Origin: Antedon mediterranea
Lineage: Eukaryota; Animalia; Echinodermata
Direction: 5' to 3'
Length of the DNA: 64,000 nt
Assembly: GCF_964355755.1 (NCBI RefSeq)
Contig: NC_092672.1
Location: forward strand, 27,038,437-27,102,436
Below are positions 39,201-52,066 of this stretch, piece after piece (within the stretch, counting starts at the first letter, position 1; each line of letters begins with the position of its first letter). The notes beneath the pieces were generated by a model that worked only from the letters and a program-made list of their open reading frames with translations, did not search any database and was not told where the DNA came from. A program made the translations under genes and the position numbers.

Positions 39201-42200
39201 TTGGGAACGTTGTAACGTTTGCTCCCAATTTAAAAAGCAGATTTTTGTTATAATATTTAGAATTTTCGCCCTATGCCGTTGCTTTCTCTTTAAGATTTCC
39301 GAAAAAATTGTTAATACTGTAAATGGTTTCAATAATTTTTTTGCTATCATTGGACCTAACCTAGCCAAAAAAATAACAAGTCAATTTCCAAGTCGTGATA
39401 GTCCCAATGATTATATTAAAAAACATATTCCAAATTCTATTTTTTAGAGGCCACTTCCAAAGAAGAATTAATTACAGAAGTGAACTTATTTAAGTCTAAA
39501 AATTTCAGCGGATGATGTACCTATGTATGTCAATAGTTAAACCCATTATATATGAAATCAGTGAGCCATTGACACATATTTATAATCGTTAACTTGAGAC
39601 TGGTATTTTCCAAGACACCCTTAAGATTGCAAAAATTGTTCCCATCTACAAAGCTTGGGATAAAAGTAGTTTCTCAAATTATCGACCGATCTCCTTGTTG
39701 CCCAAATTTTCTAAAATTTTAGAAAATTATTTAACACCCGTCTGTTGAAATTTATAGACAAATTTGATATTTTATATTCAGGACAATTTGGTTTTAGGAA
39801 AAATATGTCCACTAGCCATGCATTGCTTCACTTTTCCAAGTTCATGCTTAAAGAGATGGACAGGTCTAACTATACAATCGGAATTTTTATTGACTTAAAA
39901 AAGGCGTTTGATACCATCGACGACAATATCCTTATAAAAAAAACTTGAACTTTGAAGCTTATGGTATTCGTGGAATTGCCAATAAATGGATGCAAAATTA
40001 TCTTTCTAACAGAAAACAATTTGTAACAATACATTGTGATACCACCTCAGAATTAACAGACATTTTATGTGGCATTCCACAGGGATCAATTTTGGAGCCC
40101 ACTTTATTCCTTTCATTTCTTTTATTACATTTGTAATGCTTCTTCCCTAATAGAATACACGCTTTATGCTGATGATACAAATATACTTTTTTCTGGTAAG
40201 AACCTGCAATTTATCTGTAATATTATTAATGATGAGCTAAAAAAAATAATACTTTGTTTAAGGTAAATAAACTGTAAAATTACATATTGTTGTGAAGTCT
40301 GGGGTTATACCTTTAGAACTAATTTAAATTTTTTATACATATTACAAAAAAGGCACTAAGACTTGTTATGAAAGTCCCATACACCAGTCCAAGTAAACCA
40401 ATTTTCTATTTTTTTTAAACTCTTGATCTTTATAATTTAATAAAACTATATACAGTTTCTCTAATGCATAAAGCTTTTCATAACTTACTCGCAGCGATTG
40501 TACAAAATAATTTCATTTTATGCTCAGTTGTCCACGATAAATATACTCGACAAAAACATCAATTCTACCCACAATTTAAAAGAACCACTCAAAAATCATA
40601 AACTATCTTTTTTTTTGTTAAGATAAAAAAAAAGATTGTTTGCATTTTCTTAAAAGTTACATTTTCCTTCCCTATGACCTTGTGCCATTTTTCATATTAC
40701 TATTTATATATATATATATACTATTTTGTAACAGGGGGTTTCTACTTATAAGCTGTGCTTCAGAGATTCCTCCTTTCCATTCATTCGTTTTGTAATGAAT
40801 ATTTATGTATGTTTATGTTTTTTGTTGTGAATGGAAATAAAGACACAAACAAACAAACAATCTCTTCTCGTATATATCACCTATTCTCTTTGCTGTCCAA
40901 CATGACTTTGTCTCTGGCAGATCGTGTCAGACTGACCTTGCTATTCTATGTAATCAGTTGCTTATCAGTCTTTTGGGTTTAGAGAAACAATCTCAGAAGC
41001 ATTCGATAAAGTATGACACGATATTATAAGTATCAAATTCTTACTTTATCACTTTTTTTTATTCAGTTCAAAACCAACAGCGATGAAATCTAAACATAAT
41101 AATATATTCATATTTGAAACAATAAGATAAACTTAGATTGGAACATTACAGAGATTAAAAAAAAATTTACCCATAAATACAATTAAACTATAAATCAATA
41201 TCCAAACAATTAACAAGCACACTATTAAATGTGTATCGGCTGAAAAATACCTCGTTTTGTGCATTCAACAACACGACCACAAGGAATTAACGTGAAGCAA
41301 ACACTTGCCTGCGAGTACGAGTTTGTATATTTAACTTAAACAAAGTAACAAGAGGACAATCATAAACAGAATTGAAAGAGTTGTTTAAAAATATCCTATC
41401 AAAAACAACTCTGCGATTTTCAAGACAAATAAGAGAAACATTATAATTATGACAATAAAAAAAAAATACTCATTTTTATTACAACAATAACCTGTCTATT
41501 GAAAGGTTTAACTTTCAAAAAGATCTGAAAATTAACTTTATTAAACATGTTGTTGCTAAGGGTAATAGAATGATGGGTATGCTTTGGCGTCACTGTAAAT
41601 TGATAGTGTTACTAAACTTTTATTATTTCTTTTGTCCGATCGATTTTTTATTTTTCATCATTTCAATTTCGATCTCTCAATCAAATCGTATCAAACGTGT
41701 TCAATACAAATTTATTTATTTCATTAACTAAAACAATTCTGGTCTTCTAATCATCTTCCTCTGCTTCATAATCGGAGAAGTTTTTTCGATTTGATTTTTT
41801 TCTTCAAATGCTTTAAACTCCTTTTTAAATTATAATTGTTGTCATTTTCTCTCTTAAAATTGATGTTCTAACTCTCACACTGACCTTTTCCCCTTGTCCG
41901 TTGTCGAACGTAACTAAAAATGATTTTAATCAAAGATTATCCAGGCTTTACAATTTAATTTCTATTAAAGGTAAGACTATCGATATTTTTTTTGACACTT
42001 TGTCAATTTTTAGACCTAAAGTTCTTAAAGCAATAAAAAAAATACATATAGTGAAATACAAGAGAAAACAATATTTAGCTTTTTGTTTTCATTAGTGGCT
42101 TCCACATGTAACATGCCGATTGGTCTCGCTGATGACGTCCGAGACACAAGGTTTCCTGACTCAGCATTTTCAGCCAGTTCTTATGAAGGGGAGGGCCAAA

Positions 42201-43875
42201 GACCATCAAGAGGTCGACTGAATTCAATGCATGAAAGCTCTTCTAAAATGGGAGCATGGATGGCCAATGATCCTTGGATTCAAGTAGATTTGAAAGGTGT
42301 CTTTGACATCGGAGGCATAATTACACAAGGACAAAATGGTTATCCTTACTGGGTTACGAAGTTTCATGTTTCATTCTCAAAGGATGGAAAGGCGTTTATC
42401 TACCTCAGACAAGCCGGTTCTAACAATGAGGTTTCTTTACTCTACTTACTTGAAGAACTTCATTTTTTTTGATACGTGTCTATAATTACAATAATAAAGC
42501 CATATAGAATGGTAATGCATAACATGATTGACATTTACGAAGAAATTATTACCTAGACAATGGGTTAATTTATTTAAACAGACTGTATTAAATGTACGTT
42601 CTAATACAAAAAATACAGAAATACCACAGAAAACTGTATTGGTCTCATATAAAAAATAAGAAGTTAATTCGATGTTGGCAGCTCATAGAATTCATACACG
42701 CTTAAAATATAATCAAAAGACAAATTGAGAATAAAGGAAAACATTATCTGAATTATTTGTAGGGTTCTTCACAATGTTTTAAATCCTTTTTTTAATATGT
42801 GAGTTCCTACTCTATTGACATCACTTTTGTTGAGTTTAGACTCTTTATTTTAACCTCTTTGGTTGGAATATGCCAGTCATCAGCATCAGGATTACTACTT
42901 TGATTTTAATTTATAAACCTACGGATTTTTAAAATGTTTACATTTAAATAGGTGTTTACTGGGAACAATGATTCAGACACACCACGCACCAACTACTTTG
43001 GATATAAGATTGCCGCTCGTTATATACGGATTCATCCAAAGGAATGGCATGGAGCTACTAGTCTTAGGTTTGAACTTCTTTCCTGTGACTGGTAAGTAGG
43101 CCTATACTCGTGTACTTCTCTGTATGATACTGACATCATGCCTGTGTCAAACTAATCAAGTGGCAAAAAAAAGCAATCTTAGGCCTACGTGGAAAGGACT
43201 CTGGTAACTGACCTAACGGACCAATCATGTTACCTTAAAAAGGTCTAGTAATTAGTGTCGATATTATTATTGTTTTCTCACAAATATATTAGAACCCATA
43301 ACTTTAAACATTACCCTTTTAGAAAGTAAAATCACTGAGTAAAGTCAAGATAGTGTAGTATCTTCTACACTACCTTTGGTGATGAGCTTGATATTTCGGT
43401 TCATTTTAAAAGAATACAGATTTTATTTTTTATTTCTGAAATTATCAATGAACTTGAAATTCAATACTATTGAAAATAGGCATCATCTGTAAGTACTGTA
43501 TACCAATTTACACCAAAACATTCAGGACGATAACTTTAAAATTGTGAACGCCATCGTGCAAAAAAAAAACCAAATAAAACAAACACATCAAGTACGTACT
43601 ATTGCCAAGTACATTATATTTTGCCAAGTAATAAAGTAAATTCTAAGCAGGAAAGAGTGAAATTCTAAGAAGGAAAGAGTGAAATTTTAAGTAGGGAAGA
43701 GTGTAGTGTATACTGATTCTAAGAATTTTCTGAAAAAGTGACAAAATTAATTTATTTGCTCTTCTACCTGAATATACTCACTCTTGCCTGATGTAAATAT
43801 TTACTTACAAGTAATGCAGCTTATCCGCAATGAGACATTATGAATTATTTCTTTCGTAATCTTTTTTTTTTCAGA
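36221..43875 (+). CDS. Secreted protein with two tandem F5/8 type C domains, 336 aa. Exons 36221-36281, 36920-37260, 37719-37851, 42096-42430, 42952-43091, 43875- (stop TG|A split by an intron)
   Basis: Same architecture as gene 2; spliced model open, all introns GT-AG. Confidence 0.85.
38030..42040 (+). mobile_element. Duplicated decayed nested LINEs in the inter-domain intron of gene 3
   Basis: Collinear with 24050-29170 but lacking the HINE and a ~300-bp segment near 40275. Confidence 0.7.
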
Positions 43876-44250
43876 TAAATAGAACGGCAAAAGAAACTAC
43901 TGTCAAGTTATGAACGTCTGACCTATAGAGAATTAACAAAATATCATCGAATAGTAGTGTAGTATTAGTAATATAAATTATGGAAAATCGTGATATTTAA
44001 CAGCTAAATTAAATTATAAAATGTTTAAACAATTATTGTGACGGTGAAATTTTTAATTAGAGAAAACAAATAGGCCTAAAACATAATTATATTATAAAAT
44101 GTCAAATGTTGCATTTTAAATTACGGATTTAATTAGATGTATAGCAAATTTGGAATTCATACAGTTTGAATTATGAAATATAAATTAAATAAATTGTATT
44201 GAATGAAACTTAATTTTATATTATGAATATGTAGAAATACAATTTTAGAA

Positions 44251-44424
44251 CTTGTTTTGTATTGTCTTTGCATGTCTCCACTACTCAACTTGTTTTGTAT
44301 TCTCTTTGCATGTCTCCACTACTCAACTTGTTTTGTATTGTCTTTGCATGTCTCCACTACTCAACTTGTTTTGTATTCTCTTTGCATGTCTCCACTACTC
44401 AACTTGTTTTGTATTGTCTTTGCA
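44251..44424 (+). repeat. 38-bp minisatellite, ~4.6 units, in the 3' UTR of gene 3
   Basis: CTTGTTTTGTATT(G/C)TCTTTGCATGTCTCCACTACTCAA at 44251, 44289, 44327, 44365, 44403. Confidence 0.9.
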
Positions 44425-44757
44425 ATGATTTCGTTTTTAGCTTTAAAAAATAAATAAATAAATGATCAACACACAAACAATCAAAGGGACAACAAATTGA
44501 CAATAAATTGAACAAACGATGAATAAATGAACGAACGAATAATGAACAAACGAATGAATGGCGACGTTATATATTGGCGTACAACAACACTAGTTTTATA
44601 TTTTACGAAAGCGACCAGATTAACGAACACTATACTTCCTGATATAAATCAATGTTTAGCGCCAGTAGTTAGTCCCGATCACATTCCCCTGTCAGCAACA
44701 AACAATCCACACATTTGACAAATCAGAGCATAGATTTAGTTTCAGTCTAAATTATTA

Positions 44758-47196
44758 TCCCCTTAGAGATACAGAATGTTTAGAAGCATTAAAGGCGATG
44801 GATAACAATAAAACCCCTGGGACAGATGGTTTTCCTGCCAAGTTTTATAAACTATTTTGGAATGATATAAAAGATACGCTAATTAACGCTTACCATTATT
44901 CTTTCCAATCCGGGTTTTTAAGGATCTCCCAGAAACGAGGGGTGATATCACTTATACCGAAAAAAGATAAATCTCCGCTATTATTGAAAAACTGGCGTCC
45001 CATCTCGCTTTTAAATGTGGATTATAACATTTTAGCAAAAGCCATTGCGACTCGTTTAAAATGAGTGCTCAAACGGGCTTTCTTAAAGGCAGATATATTG
45101 GAGAAAACATAAGATTAGTCTATGACGTAATAGAATATGCATATAGATATAGAAATGCACAACAAGCCAAACTTACTATTTTTTTGTAGATTTCGAAAAG
45201 GCTTTCGATAAGGTGAAATGGGACTTCCTTGATATGTCTCTTAAGAGATTTGGCTTTGGTAAAAATATGATAAATTGGATAAAAATATTATATAAAGACA
45301 TTGTTAGTTGCGTTATAAATAACGGGATAACATCAAAATTCTTCAATTTAAAACGAGGCCTGCGTCAAGGATGTCCCTTATCCCCATATCTTTTTATAAT
45401 TTGTGCAGAAACACTAGGTAACATGGTACGTCAATCAGACACATTTAAAGGTATAGAGTACAATAATGTAGACATAAGAATTAGCCAATTTGCAGATGAC
45501 ACTGTGTTTTTTCTCAAAGACCAAAACTCAATTAAACCGATTATAGATATACTGGATGAATTTTCTATATATTCTGGACTCAGAATTAATTATGAAAAAA
45601 GTAACATTATGAGAATAGGATCTTTAAGAGACTGCGACTATGAAACGCCATCTGAGAAAAGTATTTCATGGACCAAAGGCCCAGTAAAATACTTGGGTGT
45701 TAATATTTCTTGTAATTTTAATGATATTTTCAGACTCAATTTTCCAGATAAAGCTAAAAATGCTGAACAAGTATTAAATATGTGGAAACAACGCTCACTT
45801 ACTTTGTTTGGAAAAGCAACTATTATTAAGTCACTGTTTCTCCCGATATTCACGTATGTTTTCTCAAATTTACCAGACTCACCCGATTGTTTCCTTCAAG
45901 ATATTCAAAGTAAAATATTTAAATTTATGATGGAACGGAAAACCCGATAAAGTCAAAAGAAAAGTCATGCTTAACAATTTTGACGAAGGAGGGTTAAAAA
46001 TTCCCCATATTAAGAGTTACTGTACATCTCTCAAATCATGTTGGGTGAAAAGATATCTTGATGGAAATCAATCCAAGTGGAAAGTGTTTTTAAAAAGTAA
46101 GATTAAAGAGGTTGGAGGAAATATTGTTTTCGAAACCAACTTTTCTAAATCTTCAAAAATATTAAAACAATTTGAAAGGTTCCATAAAGATGTACTCTCT
46201 GCTTGTAGAGCCGTATACGATAGAGGACATCTTAAATCAATCTTTATGGAGCAACTCATGTTTTGATAAAAGAGAATTTAAGGTTGAACAAAATTGGTTG
46301 GTTAAAAATGTAAACTATGTAAAAGATGTCGTGAACAAAGAAGGGAAAATATTAGAACTAGACGAATTTAACCAAAAATATAATTTTAAACCAGACTTCT
46401 TCTTATATCACCAAATTGTAAATTCAATTCCAAAGCTCTGGAAACAGAAATTAATTGAACAAGGTGTAAACACAACTAACGAAGTTGAATCCAAATTACA
46501 GACATTCATTTCTGTGAAAACGAGAAATTGTCATTATATCTATAAACACATTATATTAAAAAATCTTGAAGAGCCAATTGGAATTGAATCCAAATGGGAA
46601 AAGGAGTTTGACAACAAACTTGATTGGAAAAACCTTTTCTCAAATTTACACGCCTGTACAAATGACACTAAGCTAAAAAATATAATTTATACAAATACAA
46701 TGCTCTTTAAGATGTCAAAGGTCGATTCACCAATGTGTAGTTTTTGCAAGGAAAAGCAGGAAACACTGCTACATATGTTCTTTGAATGTGATCTGGTAAA
46801 GAAAATTTGGGAAAATGTAAAACAATATATGTATCGAAATATCAACAATAACTTAATTATCACCAAAGAAAGTATATGTTTTGGTTTTGGAAAAACACAC
46901 AGTGATGCAAACATTTTAATTTTAATTACAAAGTGGTACATATTTAGTTGCAAAATCAAAAAACAATTACTTAATTATAATCATTTATTTCACATTTACC
47001 AAAAATACAAGGCAACCATATTATTAACAAAATGATTTTTATAAAGTGTATTTTTGCGATACATTATTTTTTTTTTCTTTAATTTCATTACTCTCTTATT
47101 TTTGAGAGAGTATTATATCGTTTTAATAGTTACGTTGCCTTTATATATTAATTTGGTATTATGTATGTGTTGAAATGAAATAAAAAAAAAAAAAAA
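44758..47196 (+). mobile_element. 5'-truncated L1/Tx1-clade LINE (frameshifted ORF2) with poly(A) and a 14-bp TSD
   Basis: KTPGTDG, NWRPISLLNVDY, DFEKAFD, GLRQGCPLSP, SQFADD, CSFC...ETLLHMFFEC; poly(A); AGTCTAAATTATTA (44744-44757) vs AGTATAAATTATTA (47197-47210). Confidence 0.9.
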
Positions 47197-47649
47197 AGTA
47201 TAAATTATTAAATTAGCCGTACCCGGCGTAATTCCGCACACTACATTCTAATACGACATGCATGATTAAAAATCGAAATCGCTTGATTGGGGAGTGGACG
47301 ATTTAATATGAAATAGATTTGATAACATCTTGAAAGATTTGTTAGATAAACCGATTATGGGATGGGATGTCAAATAAAAGCATTGTATCAAAAGTAAAGC
47401 TTTAAAACTAGAATAATGCTGAACGCTATAATCAGGGAGAGTTAAATTAACTCTTCCCTGCTATAATGAACTAAACTGAGCATAATATAATAAGGATAGC
47501 CCAAGTTAAACAAGAAATATTTCTTACAAAAAACGGTTTTAATTAGTGTTCTTTCTTCCTTGAATTGTCATTTTGTGCCAAAAGTGCAGGAAGTTGACGC
47601 TCTAGCTCACGACTATTTAGAAGCTAACATTCAGACCACTAATCATTGT

Positions 47650-47991
47650 TATCAATACATTTATATAAACATATATTAAATATATCAGAATAGTATTTTT
47701 TAAAGAACATCGTCTTCAACATTATGATGCTGTACTCGAGCTGTTCAACCGGTTTTCAGCCATCAAAAACAATTATCGTAGGAGATAGGAAAATGCGAAG
47801 CATCCTCGTATTGTTGTGTTTTAATTGTCAATAACTAATTATCGAACTCAATTTAATTAGTAAACAGGGTTACATCAGGTGGTTAAAATCAGTACCGGAA
47901 GTTCGAACCAACTGTATATACCATCGAGTAAACATTCTAGAAATAACGCGCGATTTACCGAATTTTGCCGTTACGTAAATTTATATATAGA
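47650..47991 (-). mobile_element. Helitron 5'-end fragment (family of 9593-11062)
   Basis: Shares CTGTTCAACCGGTTTTCAGC, GGGTTACATCAGGTGGTTAAAATCAGTACC and the TTACGTAAATTTATATATAGA terminus. Confidence 0.8.
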
Positions 47992-49639
47992 TTATAAGTT
48001 TCCTAATTAGAATATGAAAGTAGTGAATTAGACAAATGCGAATGACACTGTAAAGAGACTACTGTTGGGGCAGCCTGCCAACGATAGTTTGCAGACATTA
48101 AAGCATTATTTACCAGTAGTTTCAAAAGTTAAAAATATATTGTCCTCCTAAAAAAATTGTTTCAAATATGCCATTTTAATTCCACGTAATAGTTATTCAC
48201 TTTGAGCAAAAACTGAATCGAAAAAAAAATTATTCACCTGAAAAAAAATGTAATTTAAAGCATAAAATGCTTAAATTGTTTGTCAGACAATAGTTTTTGG
48301 TTAAAATTAACCGTTTCTTTTGTCTTTTTATAAGTGAAATAATTATTTTTTTTAAAGAAGTGAATAACTTTATTAAAAAACTACAGAATGGCCTATTTAA
48401 AGTCTGACTTTTTAAATCTTCTTTTCATGTTTTGGGGGACAATTTTGTTATCTACATATTTTTATAATTGGTAATCAATGTATGATAAAGAAATTAAATA
48501 TAATAAATTTATAAATGTATATGTGCTTATAATAGCAAATATATAAATTAGTTAATACATTCAAACCTGATGTTTCTTAAAAAAATATTATCTCATCTAA
48601 AAGAGACAGCCGTGGCCAAGCTACAATGGCACTACTTCTCTAGGTCACCCCTATCATCAGAGGCAGAAATATAAATATATGTTCTAACACTACAGTTAAC
48701 AATCATTCAGGGCACAACCCAAGAAGGAGACACTTTGTTGGGTCCAGAAAGTGGGTTCTATTGTAATAAAATACCGTCTATGTACTTATGTATTTGAACT
48801 AGAAATAAACCATGCTTGGTCAGTTTTGAGAACAAATATTTTAATTTATATTTTTTGCTAAAAATATTACACAGCATTCATATTCTATTGGAAAGATAAT
48901 CTCAACGTCGTGATGAGGTAATTTCCTGATTTATCGTAATCAAAACGGTACTGGGTATGGTCTACTAGCTTTTCTGCTCCCAACCAGTACATCCATTCAT
49001 AGAAACCTTGATGAAGTAAGCCTATCTGATGGTAACCATAGAACGGTCCCGAGTAACGACTAGTCGATAGAAGATTGAAAACATTGTTAGAGATAGAGTA
49101 TACGATGTTTGATTATGTGTAGATTTGTGATTTGTTCTTTTATTCTAATGATGTTCTGCATAAGGAAATGGAGATAGTAGTTGGGTAAAATGATTTTTTT
49201 ATATCAATTAATTAAATTATCGTAGATTGTATATTATGCGATAAATATTGTTTAATAAAGTTTTGATATATTATTATTATTATTACATCAATATAATTTG
49301 TAATCAAATACATATAGTATTTATTGATTATGAACACTAATAGGCTTGTGATATGAAATGGCGGCCATTTTGGACGTCAGCTTGGATTTGAGGATGACCA
49401 CAGTAAATTTGCAACGATAGAATCAGAGAGTTTATTGTGCAGAGAGGTGGCAATGCAACACTTCTAAACAAGCTCTTGAAACTCTGCTTAATGAAACATG
49501 CTATGAGTTTTTAGTACTATTCATAACAATAGAAGTCCAGTCAATCTATGACAAAAAAGGGCGTAACCCAAAACAAATTGCAATAGTTTCCAAACCTTTT
49601 TTATTTGATTCTATAAGCATCTGGGAAGATCATTGAGTG

Positions 49640-49899
49640 GAGCTGTGGCTTGGTGGTTATGATGCTTGGCTACCAATCTAAGGGTCCTGGGTTCAAGTCC
49701 TGTCATATGTCAGGGTTTTTTTCTCATGACAATTTACAACTCCACTCCCAAAGACTTAATAATAAGTCTTTGTTTATGTAGAGCATCTTGTGTATATGTT
49801 TGTCTTGTGAAATTATTAAATAGTTTATCCATCCTGTAATTGGCGGGTTACTCGCTGTTGGATGAGTATGAAATAAAATAAAATAAAAAAATAAAATAA
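49640..49899 (+). mobile_element. tRNA-derived SINE inserted in the left Academ TIR
   Basis: A box TGGCTTGGTGG, B box GGTTCAAGTCC, (AAATA)n tail; absent from the corresponding position of the right TIR. Confidence 0.8.
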
Positions 49900-50966
49900 A
49901 ATCTACCAAAATCGGTTCAGTGGAACATACTTTTTAAGGGGTTTTAAGGTCATAGGGGTCAAATTACACATTTTTCTATTTTGAAAACTACTAGGCGTAG
50001 CATGTTAATTTTGGTGTCAAACTATTCAGAAGACCCATATTTATATGTACTCTAATGAAACCTTTTTACCAAAAATTACAGGAAAGCATGTTTTTGACCT
50101 TTGACCTATTTTATTGTATATATTCGTATATTCGTATCTTAGTAACCAGTGGGCGTAGATGAGCGTTATTTGCGTCAAACTACTCATAAGGTCAATGTTT
50201 ATATTAGTTCTAATGGAAAAGATTCGTGTAAAATGACCGGAAGTCATTATTTTGACCTTTGACACATATTCATTATTTTAGATTTCTCAGTAACTACATT
50301 TTTTATATCTCAGTAACCACTAAGCACAACTTCGTCAATTTTGTGTCAAAAGATTCAGAAGACTCATATTTATATTCACTATAGGCCTAATGAAAAAGTT
50401 TTTTAAAAAATGGATAGAAACTATGTTTTTGACCTTTGACCTATTATACCAGTATATTTGTTTATATTTACTCTAATGAAAACAAATGCAAATGTACAAT
50501 ATAACCGAAAATCATTATTTTGACCGTTAACATTTTCTAGTCGTGTCATGAATAAATCTCGGGTCTCGAGTATAACATTTTAAATTTGACCAAATAATAA
50601 GTGCGGCGATCTGACAGACGTTGGGCTGGAATATCAACTGAACTTGCCATAGAACAGTGTCTTATGCGTAGCATAAAAACAAGAGGAGGTCTAACAAGAG
50701 GGCGAGGATTAACAGAAATTCAACGACTTGTCTGGGTCCTTTCAACTCCAGTCTGCGCCAAGATCAATCATTCAATGCAAGAGTTCACTAACGTGTTGTA
50801 TACTACCAGTGAACAACATAAAGAAACAACATATGCCAGAAAGATGAAGGACCTCAGTGATGTACAAGACATATCAAGGTATCTGACACAGCGAAATCCA
50901 TTCAATACAGACAGTACAAAATCACTGACAAACATTGCAACTGGAGTGACGGCACATATCAATGTA

Positions 50967-52036
50967 CAGGGCCGTAGCCAGGATTTGTCAAGGGGGGGTT
51001 CGGACACTAAGTATTTGGGTCAACCCCCCCCCCTCCCCCTGGGGTGGGGCCTGAGGCGAAGCGAATTTTGTTAAATGACACCCCTAGATGGCCGGAAAAG
51101 ACACTCTCATGCAGCATGCTACCAATGAGCAAAACGATCGTACTTGGACTCGTGGACTATTTAAACGATAACATTTATTGCCGTATGTTAGATGCGCGTG
51201 CTCTGTGCGGAGCCGCCGATTGTTTGATCATTTACTCGATATTTTGTTTTGCGTTCAAGTTCAATGCGAACGTACGTCTAGGAGAAGCCCCGAAAAAAGC
51301 ACACTGGGTGAAGGCAAATGCAATTCTTATTATAGCTCTATCTGAATATTTATTTACAGCAATTTGTTGAGGAAATTAATTATGCCAATGTAAATAGGTG
51401 ATATTGATACATTTGAGTACGTATCGGCTGGTGGTCTAGAAAAAAAATAATCGGATGCCATAATGTGAACTACAGTACATGATACCATAGATATTATAGT
51501 GTAAAATATTAATATTCACTATAATCCTCTATGATACATTACACTTCATAGCCACACATAAATACTGATGTATGTCGGAAGGCTATATACTTTATGCATG
51601 CTGTCTGACTGCCAGTGATCTAAACAATTGGTACGCAGTTGTCTGGCGGTGTCCTTTGTACGAATCGTTCGTGCCCCAGCTCGCTGTGAGACGCGTCAAT
51701 ATCATGTTACATGCAGGGACCAAACATTTATTTTTCAGGTTAAAATCGGCAATTCATTTGCAAATCTTAGAAATTTACAGACACGTATCGCTCGAAGTAC
51801 GCTCATACAGGGAAGAAGGTACTGTATGAGTTATTTCGAACGAGTTTACGAATTTTTCAATTTACGAACAACTTTTTGTACTGTGGGGCACGTATTTGGA
51901 CGATTTTCGGAGATGAGGGTGAGGTATTGGGCATGTCGGGGATGGGGGTTTGCAGTCGGTTAAGGGGGGTTCGCTGTAAAGGGGGGGGGGGGGGGGTTCG
52001 CCCGAACCATAAAAACACCCCCTGGCTACGGGCCTG
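50967..52036. mobile_element. Non-autonomous hAT-like TIR element with 5-bp TSD ATGTA
   Basis: Ends CAGGGCCGTAGCCAGG / CCTGGCTACGGGCCTG; ATGTA at 50962-50966 and 52037-52041. Confidence 0.85.
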
Positions 52037-52066
52037 ATGTAGACTGTGACAATGCCAAGCATGTAG

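Larger units (their letters stand above)
20314..47232. repeat. Tandem segmental duplication, units ~20314-34274 and ~34275-47232, each with one two-domain discoidin gene
   Basis: Near-identical sequence at an offset of ~13.96 kb (e.g. 20279/34240, 20944/34905, 22255/36221). The offset shrinks downstream because of copy-specific insertions and deletions. Confidence 0.9.

Noticed and set aside
22945-42472. Four separate single-domain discoidin genes
   Set aside because: B domains lack a promoter and signal exon, and A domains end at a phase-1 donor without a stop; two two-domain genes fit better.
44251-44424. 38-bp repeats as a CRISPR array
   Set aside because: Units are contiguous with no spacers, there are no cas genes, and the context is a eukaryotic 3' UTR.
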